A DNA stretch of 64,000 bases from Centroscyllium fabricii (lineage: Eukaryota), in assembly GCA_051313645.2 (NCBI GenBank), contig JBNRSN020000012.1, forward strand, positions 124,682,001-124,746,000. Reading direction: 5' to 3'. Below, in pieces: positions 12,140 to 22,788 of this stretch. The notes beneath the pieces are model-generated. The model did not search any database. It was not told the origin of the DNA and saw nothing but the letters and a program-made list of their open reading frames with translations. The position numbers were made by a program, and so were the translations under genes. Each line of letters opens with the position of its first letter. Positions within the stretch are counted from its first letter, which is position 1.

Positions 12140-15037
12140 TCACATTTCCTCAATCAACCTGTGCGGTTGCCGAGTCACCCGGTCAGAGCGACGTAGTTCA
12201 GGTGCAGGTACAGGCTGCGATTGTTGAGCAGCAATTCTAGATGAACGCCTGACCTCACTAGGCGGCGAGGGCCGAGGTACTACCGTTGGGGACTCAGGTA
12301 CCAGGAAATCCGGAGTTAACGGCTCGACCATCTCCGTAGGCAGTTCCAAGACTTGTTCCTTTGCAGGACTTGACACCGGTAAAAATGTCGTGGGCGGATG
12401 CACTGGCGTTGCTAACGACTGATCACGAGAGTACGACATCTCCTCACGGCTCACATGTTCCGGAGGACTAGCTAATGGTTCCTGAAGCTGCGGGGAGCCC
12501 ACCAGCTGGTCCACGTGGCGGCGAATTACTCCTCCGTTGGTGTCAATCGCATACATCAATGGTCCTTGCTTTGCCGCGACGACTCCAGATCGCCATTTCT
12601 GGTCACGGTAGTCCCGAGCAAGAACCTGATCACCCACATTAAAACTGCGCACAGTCTTTGGGGACAAATGTTGAAAAACCCTTTTATCCACCTCACGCTT
12701 CAGGTCTGGTCTCAATAAGTCAAGCCTGGAGCCCAGTCGTCTGTTAAAAAAGACCATTGCTGGGGACTGACCCGTTACTGTATGCGTAGCATTCCTGTAA
12801 CTAAACAGAAAATTGTCCAATCTATGCTGCAGGGGCAAGTTCTCTAACCGCGAAGCTTTCAAGGACTTTTTGAATGACTGCACAAATCGCTCTGCCAATC
12901 CATTTGTGGCAGGGTGGTAAGGGGCCGAAGTGTAGTGCTTGATGCCATTTCCTTTCAAAAATCTCTTGAACTCCTCGGACACAAACTGGGGACCATTGTC
13001 CGAACACAATTGTTCCGGAAGACCATACCTGGCGAAAATTGTCCTCAAAACCACGATTGTTTTCTGCGCCGTAGTCGAAGACATTTTAATCACTTCCGGC
13101 CATTTGGAGTGCGCGTCAACTACCACCAGAAACATGGATTCCTGAAACGGGCCAGCAAAATCCACATGAATCCTTTTCCATGGTGCCGACGGCCACTCCC
13201 ACGGATGTACCGGAACCACCGGTGGTGAATTCTGTACCAGCTGACAACCTTGGCAGTACTTGGTCAGCTCCTCAATCTGCCCGTCTATTCCAGGCCACCA
13301 CACAGAGGCACGTGCTAAGCTCTTCATTTTGGTGCATCCGAGATGCCCTATGTGTAATTCTTTCAAAATTACTTTTTGTAACTTCACTGGGATGACCACC
13401 CTGGATCCGCACATTAAGGTTCCCAGACAAGTAGACAGTTGTTCCCTCCTGGCAAAATACTGAGCCAGTCGTGGATCATTCCGAGCCGGCCAACCCTTTA
13501 CTGTGGCATCATACACCAGTGATAACACTGGGTCATTTCTGGTTTCCCTCTCAATGTCCCTGTTGGTCACCGGCAAGGCTTCTACAATAGACGTATGGAA
13601 AAGGTCCGCAGCATCCAATACGGTATCTTTACCTTTTACTGGCAGCGGAAGTCGTGACAAGCTGTCTGCGTTGGCGTGTTGTTTGGTCCCTCTGTATTGT
13701 ATGTCATACTGGTGCGCACCCAGGAACAAAGACCACCTCTGCAATCGTTGCGCCGTCATCATTGGAACTGCCTTGTTTGGGTTAAAAATGGCAACCAAAG
13801 GTTGATGATCGGTTATCAGAGTAAATTTTTGTCCATATAGATAGTGATGAAATTTTTTTACGCCCCACACCAGGCTCAGGGCCTCCCGATCAATCTGTGC
13901 ATAGTTCTTTTCAGCCGACGTTAGTGATCTGGACGCAAACGCAATAGGTCGTTCGGCCCCTCCCGGAAACTGGTGAGAGAGCACCGCTCCAATGCCATAA
14001 GGCGATGCATCACAGGCCAGTTTAATTGGAATTGTAGGATCGAAATGTGCCAATATTTTCTCGGAAGTGATCAACCTTTTACTCTCCGCAAATGGCTTAA
14101 CGCATTCTGGGGACCATTTCCAAGGAACCCCAGTCCTCAAGAGGTTATTTAGAGGGTGCAGAATAGTAGACAGGTTCGGTAAGAACTTGTGGTAATAATT
14201 AATCAGTCCTAGGGACGAGCGCAGCTTTGAAACAGTTTCCGGTGCCGGTGCATTTACTACAGCCTCCACTTTCTCTGGTGACTTATGCAACCCGGTCCTA
14301 TCAATGATGTGGCCACAATATGATAGCTTCTCCTGAAAAAATTCACATTTGTCCTTATTGGCCCTTAATCCATATTGTTTCAATCGCTGTAAAACTCGTT
14401 CCAGATTGTCCAAATGATCCGTTTCTGTTCTTCCTGTGATCAAGATGTCGTCTAGGTAGCATTGGGTGCCCGGAATTCCTTGCAACACCTGCTCCATGGC
14501 TCTTTGCCAAATTGCCGGAGCAGATGCAATCCCAAATATCAACCTATTGTAGCGGTATAGACCCCTGTGTGTGTTGATTGTAAGAAATTGTCTGGAATCC
14601 ACATCGACCTCCATCTGTAGGTACGCCTGTGCCAGATCAATCTTCGAAAAATGTTGTCCACCTGCTAAGGACGCAAAAATGTCTTCAATCTTTGGCAACG
14701 GATATTGTACTATTCGCAACACCGGGTTTACCGTTACCTTGAAGTCACCACAAATTCTGACCTTTTGATGCGCCCCTGGACTGTCAGCAATCATCTTCTT
14801 CATGACTGGTACAATGGGAGTAGCCCAATTACTCCATTCTACCTTGGAAAGTACCCCTTGTTGCTCCAGATTGTCCAACTCGGCCTCTACCGCCGCTCTG
14901 ATGGCAAAAGGCACCGGTCTGGGTTTAAAGAATTTGGGAGAAGCTCCTTCCTGAATGGATACAGACGCAGTCAGTCCTTCCAGCTTCCCCAGCCCAGGCA
15001 AAAAAACCTCAGGTACTTTCTCCAGTACTTTAGCCAC
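12140..15037 (-). CDS. pol: Element C pol: RT, RNase H, integrase (uninterrupted 965 aa)
   Basis: YLDD RT; CDASPYGIGAV RNase H; HIGH..CQGC zinc finger; DFAG/SDNG/AERF DDE. Confidence 0.95.
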   Translation of the reverse strand: MAKVLEKVPEVFLPGLGKLEGLTASVSIQEGASPKFFKPRPVPFAIRAAVEAELDNLEQQGVLSKVEWSNWATPIVPVMKKMIADSPGAHQKVRICGDFKVTVNPVLRIVQYPLPKIEDIFASLAGGQHFSKIDLAQAYLQMEVDVDSRQFLTINTHRGLYRYNRLIFGIASAPAIWQRAMEQVLQGIPGTQCYLDDILITGRTETDHLDNLERVLQRLKQYGLRANKDKCEFFQEKLSYCGHIIDRTGLHKSPEKVEAVVNAPAPETVSKLRSSLGLINYYHKFLPNLSTILHPLNNLLRTGVPWKWSPECVKPFAESKRLITSEKILAHFDPTIPIKLACDASPYGIGAVLSHQFPGGAERPIAFASRSLTSAEKNYAQIDREALSLVWGVKKFHHYLYGQKFTLITDHQPLVAIFNPNKAVPMMTAQRLQRWSLFLGAHQYDIQYRGTKQHANADSLSRLPLPVKGKDTVLDAADLFHTSIVEALPVTNRDIERETRNDPVLSLVYDATVKGWPARNDPRLAQYFARREQLSTCLGTLMCGSRVVIPVKLQKVILKELHIGHLGCTKMKSLARASVWWPGIDGQIEELTKYCQGCQLVQNSPPVVPVHPWEWPSAPWKRIHVDFAGPFQESMFLVVVDAHSKWPEVIKMSSTTAQKTIVVLRTIFARYGLPEQLCSDNGPQFVSEEFKRFLKGNGIKHYTSAPYHPATNGLAERFVQSFKKSLKASRLENLPLQHRLDNFLFSYRNATHTVTGQSPAMVFFNRRLGSRLDLLRPDLKREVDKRVFQHLSPKTVRSFNVGDQVLARDYRDQKWRSGVVAAKQGPLMYAIDTNGGVIRRHVDQLVGSPQLQEPLASPPEHVSREEMSYSRDQSLATPVHPPTTFLPVSSPAKEQVLELPTEMVEPLTPDFLVPESPTVVPRPSPPSEVRRSSRIAAQQSQPVPAPELRRSDRVTRQPHRLIEEM

Positions 15038-16238
15038 TGTCTTTTAGCTGTTTACTGGGTTTCTCCTCAGTCCTGCTTATCAGGTGAATGCCTGACCAAT
15101 CGAATTGAAGTCTCCTGGCCCATTCCCTGCCCAACAATGGACGCCCACCTTCCGTTAGTACATAGATGTACAACTCCTTGAATGTGGTGCCTTTATACTT
15201 CACGGACACTTCAATTTTTCCTTTCGGCTTAATTTTCTGGCCAGTGTATGTCTTTAAGGTGAGTCCCGTCTTTAGCAGTGGTTTTCTTGAAAAGTACTCA
15301 TGGTAATCTTTTTCATTTATTACCGTCAACGCCGATCCCGTGTCTAGTTCCAATTTTAGTGAAATACCAGAGATGGATAGGGTAACCCAGATAGCATCAC
15401 GGTCTCCACTCCCTTGGACCGACTGTATATGCAAACATTTCAACTTTTCTTCCCCGCCGGACTCTTCATTCTCACTGGAACTTTCTTTATTAAACTCGTA
15501 GACCCTCTTGGTCTCAGACTTAAAAGCACTTGCTTTCTTGGCTGTCTTCTTTTCGGAATCAGTAGCTTTGCAGACTTTTGCCATGTGTCCCATTTTACCA
15601 CAGTTTCTGCAACTTTTGTCCTTGAACCAGCAATTCTGGTGATGATGGGATGTCTTCCCACAACGGAAACATCTTACTCTGGTTAACATCCTATGTGTAT
15701 CCAGTTCCATATCCTTTTTCTGGATCACCGCCGCGCCCTTCTGCGCCGCTTCGAACGAGATAGCCATCTTTATAGCCTTTTCTAATCCTAGCTCGCTTTC
15801 GGCCAGTAGCTTTTGTTGGAGCTCCTCGCTTTGAAGTCCGCACACAAACCTGTCACGTATGGCTTGGTTTAAAAATTCTTCAAACCTACAGAACACCGTC
15901 AGCTTCCTGAGTTCCGATAAAAATTGCGCCACCGATTCACCCGGTCTCTGATCTCTTCTATAGAACGCGAACCGTTCGGGCAAAAACAATGGAGCAGGGT
16001 TCAAATGCTCCTTTAGCTTATCGGATATCTGCTGAAATGATGCTTCTGTTGGCTTCTTTGGGTACAGGAGGTTCTTTAATAAGCCGTACGTCTTTGTACC
16101 CATTACGTTTAACAAGTTTGCGGCCTTTTTTTCTTCTGTGACCTCATTCACTACACAGTATACATTAAATCTCTCAACGTACGTGTCCCAGTCTTCTAAT
16201 TCGCCGTCAAATACCGACATATTACCTCTTTTTGACAT
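15030..16238 (-). CDS. gag: Element C gag plus protease
   Basis: Two CCHC knuckles (CFRCGKTSHHHQNC, CRNCGKMGHMAKVC); LDTGS protease; out of frame with pol by one base. Confidence 0.92.
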   Translation of the reverse strand: MSKRGNMSVFDGELEDWDTYVERFNVYCVVNEVTEEKKAANLLNVMGTKTYGLLKNLLYPKKPTEASFQQISDKLKEHLNPAPLFLPERFAFYRRDQRPGESVAQFLSELRKLTVFCRFEEFLNQAIRDRFVCGLQSEELQQKLLAESELGLEKAIKMAISFEAAQKGAAVIQKKDMELDTHRMLTRVRCFRCGKTSHHHQNCWFKDKSCRNCGKMGHMAKVCKATDSEKKTAKKASAFKSETKRVYEFNKESSSENEESGGEEKLKCLHIQSVQGSGDRDAIWVTLSISGISLKLELDTGSALTVINEKDYHEYFSRKPLLKTGLTLKTYTGQKIKPKGKIEVSVKYKGTTFKELYIYVLTEGGRPLLGREWARRLQFDWSGIHLISRTEEKPSKQLKDSG

Positions 16239-16556
16239 TTTTTTTGCCTTCTCACCGTTTTTAACACTGCGTCGAGGAAAAAGCAAAATGGCGCTTCCTG
16301 CCCTTCAATTAGGGCTTGGAAAAGGTTCCGCTGCCTTAATCCTCTACAGCGCCCTTTTCCCGGACTGAACCTCTCTCCCTGACCTTGAAGGTACCCTCAG
16401 TACAGGGCACCGACACTCACCGACCTGCTTTACTTTGCTCGACCTCGCACCACCGTCCAATCTCTGAGGGTGCGGGGAGCAATTTGATGTCGTTGTTTTC
16501 TTTATTTCCCGACTCCTCTCAGCGCCCGCTGCTCTTCTTGCCTTCTGGGTCCTTTA

Positions 16557-16568
16557 CCTGCGTCGCCA
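16557..16568 (-). promoter_or_regulatory. Primer-binding site, tRNA-Ser(GCT)-like
   Basis: TGGCGACGCAGG 1 nt after the 5' LTR. Confidence 0.7.
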
Positions 16569-16907
16569 CTGTTAAGTCTGGGGTGTCCAGACTTAATAAC
16601 TTAGTCGGAGTCAGGAGGTAATCAACAAAGTAGGTGTTTAATCTATGGGAGAGAATTAAGACCTGGCTCAAAAGGCAACTGCCAACCGAACTAACATTCT
16701 AGAACACTGCAGAGAACACAGGAGTTACTGGTATTCCAAATAGGTGTTGGATTCCCTTAAAGGGGCCATACACCACACTGCGCATGCGCAAAATGGCTGC
16801 CGCGATCGATGCTTTGGCGAATGACCTGTGCATGCGCCACCGAATGGTAAGCGCATGCGCAGATCATTCAAAATGGCCACCAGAGGCTGGACTGACCTTT
16901 GCTTCCT

Positions 16908-17069
16908 GTGTGTCGGTGCAGGCTCGATAGGGATCGAGGGATATGGGGAGAGGGCAGGGGCGGGGTACTGGGTTTGGATGATCAGCCATGATCTCGGTGA
17001 ATGGCGGAGCAGGCTCGAAGGACCGAATGGCCTACTCCTGCTCCTATCTTCTATGTTTCTATGTTATGT
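16908..17069 (+). mobile_element. 5'-truncated SINE 3' part with CR1-derived tail
   Basis: Near-identical to the reverse complement of 36701-36860; TSD TTCCT. Confidence 0.8.
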
Positions 17070-17541
17070 TTCCTCATTCGTGCACCGCCAAATGGTAAGG
17101 ATCTGCCGCTCACTCCGGCCTCACTCCCTCAGCGCTGCCCGGGACCGGGACTGGGACCGGGACCGGGACCGGGCTCTACTAACTTGTTCGTGCTGTGCTG
17201 GGCCTCAATTTATGGTTGTGTGCCAGGGGGAGAGTCCCAAACTGTCTGCCTGGTGAGCCGAGCCGAGTCGAGGGATCTTTGCACGGCGGGTTCTGGGCGG
17301 CTGCAGCTACACTACAGGTGATCAAAACTTCCGGCGGCCATTTCCAATGTTGTGCGCATGCGCGCGGCCATTTTGAATGGTGCGCGCATCGCACTGGCCG
17401 ACTTCATTCTCCCGGTTTTTTCGGTATACCGGCGCAGGCCTTTTCCCGCCAGTGCCGAATTAACGGTGCTCAACCTGCATATGTAATGTGTAAATTTGGA
17501 TTTGTTTGCTAAATGGTGGAAAGCACAGTCTTTTTAAAAAC

Positions 17542-20500
17542 TGTCGTATTATTCAAACGTGCACCTGGGCAAAATCATCAAGAGTGTATATCTTTTGTAT
17601 CTTTTATTCCAGCAACCAGAACACATGTTACACAGTACTTTTGGTTTCAGTTTCCCTCTCGTTTTTCTGTCACCCGGAACCTCAAGTAATGTACTTTGAC
17701 CCTCCCATAATGCCCCTTGCCATTATGCTAATGCACCTTGCCATTATCCTATCAGATTACACCACATCTCCCCTTTTCAGTTAAACAAAGCCATACCTTT
17801 GCTTCTTTGTTTACTTTTGGCTTATAAATTAACATTGCCATAAACATAAGTATTTTCTCTAAAACAATATTGTCACATAACAATTCCCTTTATCAGAACA
17901 CCTTATATAAGGAACTTTCCATAAACAGTGACCAAGATATGCATTCTCCACATTCAATTCTTTACACAGCAATGTTTCTTTCCCCCCCAGTTGTTATCTT
18001 AACCATTTTTTTTCACAAGTCCAGTCTAGTGGGTTTTACTACAGGTCTTCCAGATCTCGTTCTGAAAGTGAGCTCCGGACTAGGTGTTTGTGGTCTCGGA
18101 GATGACACAGGAGTGTGTGTCTGGGCAGGCACCTGTAAGTTGGTTGCGTCCATGACGCTCTCAGGTCTGTCCATAGGAATAAGATGGTGCCTGTTTCTAC
18201 GTACAGTCCCCTGAGGCACGTCTACTGTGTAAGATCGTGGTGCTGAGTGTTCATTCACCACAGTCCCAGTGACTTTGGCGTCAGTCACCCACACCTGTTG
18301 CCCGGATGGGAGACTGCTGAGATCAGACGCTCGGTGACGCTTGTTGTAGCGTGTCAGATCAGCGCTCCTTCTCTCCTTCTCCTTCGACTTAACTGTGGTG
18401 CTGCTCGGCAGTGCTGGGTCCAATAGCGATGGAGAGGTTGGCACAGTAGTGCGAAGCTGGCGCCCCATGAGCAGCTGAGCAGGACTAAATCCGTTCTGGA
18501 GTGGCGTCGATCTGTATGCCAGCAAGGCAAGATACGGATCAGTGGCTTTCTTGAGGAGATTCTTTACCATCTGAACAGCATGTTCTGCTTCTCCGTTGCT
18601 TTTCGGATATCTCGGGCTGCTGGTCACATGCTGGAATCCATATGTCGCGGCGAAGGCTGAGACTGTGCCACACGAGAATTGCGGCCCGATATCAGTCACT
18701 AGTGTCTCAGGTGTTCCATGACGCGCGAACATTGATTTGAGATGAACTGTAACATCAGTGGACTTAGTGAAGGTGAAGTTCGCTATCTCAACATACCTAG
18801 AGTAATAGTCCACCACCAGCAGGTAAGTTTTACCTTTAAGTGCAAACAAATCCACCCCTAACTTCTGCCAGGGTCTGTCAGGAAGTTCTGTCTGGATGAG
18901 CGGCTCTGCGTGGTTTGTACGTTCCCTGATACAGGTTCTACAGCTTAGCACCAGCTCGTTTAGCTGCTGGCTCAGGCCAGGCCACCACACACTCTGTCGC
19001 GCCCGCTCCCTACATTTCACGACGCCCTGATGTCCTTCATGTAGCTTAGCGAGGACATCATTCTTTAGGGGTGAAGGAATGACCAGCCTTGTGCCCTTCA
19101 GTAGAAGACCGTCCTGTACGGTTAGGAAGGCGCGCTCCGTCCAGTACAGTTTTAAAGCTCCCTCACATGCGTTGTACTCAGGCCATCCATCCCGACACAT
19201 CCGCATGACGGTAGAGCACAGGTTGTCCGTTTTCAGGTGCTCTCTCAGGTTGTCCAGGTAGGAAACGCTCGCTGGGAGGTTCTCTATGATGCTGTCCACA
19301 TAGATGTCTGTGCTTTCCATGAGCTCTGTGTCTGTGTCTACTGCGTTGTTCTCCATCGGTGCTCGTGACAGTGTGTCTGCAGTCCACAAGCTTTTTCCAG
19401 GAACATGAGTGTAAGAATACCTCATCAGTCTCATTCTGAAACGCTGGATCCTGTGGGGTAGGCGTCCAAAGTTTGGGCCCCCAGGAGACTTAGCAGAGGT
19501 TTATGATCCGTCTCTAACTCAAAGTGTTGGCCTATCAGAAAGTCTCTGAACCTTTCACAGGCCCATGTCAGCGCCAGCGCCTCTTTTTCTATCTGTGCGT
19601 ATCTCTGCTCGACTGGTGAGAGAGATCTGGAAGCGTAGGCGACAGGCGACAGGGCTCCATTCCTTGCCCCGTTTCTGTAGCAGGACCGTTCCCAGTCCGA
19701 AACTGGACGCGTCTGCTGACATTTACTCTCTTTGTTGGGATCATACAGAGCTAGCACAGGTGTGCTCGACAGCTCCTCCTTCAGGCTGTTGAAGGCTTTG
19801 ACCTGGTCGACTCCCCAGAGCCAGTGATTTTTCTTAGACAGCAAGTCTCTGAGTGGTTTATCCTTTTCTGCTAGCTGAGGGATAAACTTTCCTAACTGAT
19901 TCACCATCCCCAGGAAGCTGCGTAGCTCACTTACATTGGTGGGCTCCTGCATCTCTCTTACTGCTGCTGTTTTAGTCGGGTCTGACTTTACTCCCTCATC
20001 TGTAATTATGTGACCCAGGAATTTAACTTCCCTTACTGAGAACTCACATTTCTCCATGTTGAGAGTTATTCCTGCCTTCTCTATCTTCCTCAACACTGCA
20101 TGAAGACGAGAGTCATGTTTTGTCTGCGTGCGCCCCCATATTAGTACATCATCCATATGGCAAACAACGCCCTCTAAACCCTCAGTGATCTCTGTGACCA
20201 TTCTATTCTGGAAGTGCTCGGGTGCTGATGCAATCCCAAAGGGTAACCTATTAAAGTAATACCTCCCGAATGGTGTAATAAAGGTCGTCAGTTTAGCTGA
20301 TTCTTCAGCTAGCGGTATTTGCCAGAATCCCATGTTAGCGTCTAGCTTGCTAAAGATCTGAGCATCAGCTAGTGAGCCTAGAGTCTGCTCTACCGAAGGC
20401 AGTATATACTTCTCCCTACACACTGACTTGTTTAGCATTGTGAGATCGACACATATGCGAGGCTCTCCTGACTTTTTTGCTACTACTACCATGCCTGAGC

Positions 20501-22311
20501 ACCATTCAGTGGTCTCCTCTACCCGGCTGATAACTCCTATCCTTTCCATGCGCTCAAGTTCTTTTTTCACCTTTGGCATCAGTGGATGAGGTACCCGTCG
20601 CGGTGTCTTCAGGAAGAATGGCTCCACCCCAGGTTTCAGCTTGATGGTGTATGGTTGCTGTATAAGGCCAAGACCGCTGCACAGCTTTGGATAACTGTTT
20701 TTCAGTGTGTCCAGGTCGACGGTGTTGAGTCCTGCCACCAGCTCCAGCTTGGTGATGGCGGGTCTGCCTAGTAACGCCGTGTGCAGGTTTCTTATCACAT
20801 ACACATCCTCTTGTATCTGCTGTCCTCCTTTCTGTAGCGTGATGTTTGAGACTCCCAGGACATCCAGTGGAGTGCATTCTGGTCCCAGTATCGGCCTCTT
20901 TGCTTGTTGATGTTTTGGAATGTCACCTTTGAATACAGTATTAAACACATAGTCAGGGATAACAGTCACATCAGCGCCAGTGTCTATTTTAAATTTGACC
21001 TTTCTGTCTTTGATCTTCAGGTTCACCATCCAAGGATCTCCGCCTGCCACCACTGTGCCCAGGAATAAGTTGCTGTCCTCCTCTTCTTCTTGTACCTCAT
21101 GCACAACTTTGGAGGATGCACACACACGCTTATAGTGGCCTTTCTTGCCACACGCATGACACATTACATCGTTAGCAGGGCACTCCATTTTTGGATGTGA
21201 GGGACTGTTTCCACATTTGAAGCATGATTTTGACTGTGTCTTATTTTTCTCTGTGTACGTTTTGTTTGGCTTGTTAAACTTCTTATTTCTCTGAAATTGT
21301 TTGCCTGCACTCACGACTCTATCGACAGAGCATGTCTCCTTAGTATTTTCTCCCCGCAAGTTGCACTGTTGCTGTCTCACCGCTTCCGTCTGTCTGGCCA
21401 TTGCCATCGCTTTTTCTAGCGTGAGGTCTTTATCCAGCTGCATTCTGTCTGACAGGCACACGTCCGCGAGCCCGACAACCAACCTGTCCCTAATCAGTTC
21501 ATTGTGCAAAGCTCCGTAGTTACAGTGTTCAGCCAAGGTATGCAATGCGGTCACAAAAGAATTGATTGTTTCACCTGTTCCTTGCTTCCTCATATTAAAA
21601 CCTGCTCTTTCATAAATCAGGTTCTTCTTCACCACAAAGAATGCCAGAAATCTATCTCTTACTGCGTCATACTGTAGTTGTTGAGTGTCGGATAGATTCA
21701 GTCCTTTCAGAATGTCATCCGCTTCATCTCCCATACAGTACACAAGAGTGTTCACTTGGTTCGCCTGTGTGGTTGTATGAAGGTTACTGGCCTGACGAAA
21801 GCGCTCAAACCTCCGTATCCACTTTTCCCATTCTTGGGGTTTGGTGAAGTCAAATGGCTCTGGTGGCTGGATGCTGAATGTAGCACTGGGCCCCGGCACG
21901 GGTGGTGGTTGAGCCATCCCCGCGGCTGCTGCTACCTGTTGTGGCCTCGGACCAGCTTGTTGTCTTCCGACAGCTTCGTCCGTCAACATAGTAGCCTAGC
22001 TAGCACTGTTTCACAACTCTCGACCAAACTTCTTCAGAACACGGCAAAACTACTCTCGCTACACTCACTTGAAATCACTCTGACTCCATGTTGTATTATT
22101 CAAACTTGCGCGTGGGCAAAAACATCAAGAGTGTATATCTTTTGTGTCTTTTATTCCAGCAACCAGAACATATGTTACACAGTACTTTTGGTTTCAGTTT
22201 CCCTCGTTTTTCTGTCACCCGGAACCTCAAGTAATATACTTTGACCCTCCCATAATGCCCCTTGCCATTATGCTAATGCACCTTGCCATTATCCTATCAG
22301 ATTACACCACA
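17542..22311 (-). mobile_element. Ty3/Gypsy LTR retrotransposon D
   Basis: LTRs 17542-17766 and 22089-22311 (about 4% diverged); TSD AAAAC; PPT 17767-17778; tRNA-Leu(CAA)-like PBS TGGAGTCAGAGTG at 22076-22088. Confidence 0.96.
18013..21917 (-). pseudogene. gag-pol: Element D gag-pol with frameshifts in RNase H
   Basis: Two CCHC knuckles; IDTGA protease; HMDD RT; HEGH..CRTC; DDE integrase; ORFs 19431-21989 and 18013-19434. Confidence 0.93.
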
Positions 22312-22625
22312 AAAACAGAATGATTGGAAACTCAAATCACCAGCGGCAATTTAATTTGCTTTTGTAGCAGCATCTTAATGCATAGTCCTCTATTTGGTTC
22401 CCATCATGCACAGAGAGCGCTAGTATAAAATATTGAACAGTAAATCTCACTGTACTTTCTGACAAATTCACTTGCTGTAGTAGTTGTGTGATAAACCCTT
22501 TATCAGTTGTATATAGTTAACTACCATGTATTGCGATGTACCTATGTAAATACCTGTACTGTTAGGTGATGACTGGGACATGCCCAGGTTAGCTCCGCCC
22601 ATGACTCCTCCCCCCCTGGAGGAGG

Positions 22626-22708
22626 TATATAAGTGGCTGCACCCATCCCCCCAGCCATACCTGGGGACAGTCAACTAGCTGGTGCATGTTCCAGTTGTAG
22701 TTAATAAA
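22626..22708 (+). promoter_or_regulatory. LTR E TATA box (22626-22632) and poly(A) signal (22703-22708; 3' copy 27143-27148)
   Basis: TATATAA and AATAAA in the expected U3/R order. Confidence 0.65.
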
Positions 22709-22766
22709 AGCCTTATTGTTTCTCTAACTAACTACTCGTTTCCGAGGCCGTTATTTCAGGTCACAA

Positions 22767-22779
22767 TTTTATTAACTAC
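22767..22779 (+). promoter_or_regulatory. Self-complementary PBS-position sequence of element E
   Basis: TTTTATTAACTAC is the reverse complement of GTAGTTAATAAAA at 22697-22709. Confidence 0.85.
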
Positions 22780-22788
22780 TTTTTGAAA

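Larger units (their letters stand above)
11778..16777 (-). mobile_element. Ty3/Gypsy LTR retrotransposon C (young, near-intact)
   Basis: 208-bp LTRs 11778-11985 and 16570-16777 with one difference seen; TG..CA ends; TSD CTGCG; PPT 11986-12000. Confidence 0.97.
11698..17477. mobile_element. Tigger/pogo-like (Tc1/mariner) MITE, interrupted by element C and a SINE tail
   Basis: 19-bp perfect TIR CAGGTTGAGCACCGTTAAT at 11698 and 17459-17477; flanks TA / CA (mutated TA). Confidence 0.85.

Noticed and set aside
17140-17174. (GGGACC)n tract as a functional G-quadruplex or Arg-Asp repeat protein
   Set aside because: Short simple repeat inside a MITE with no supporting context.
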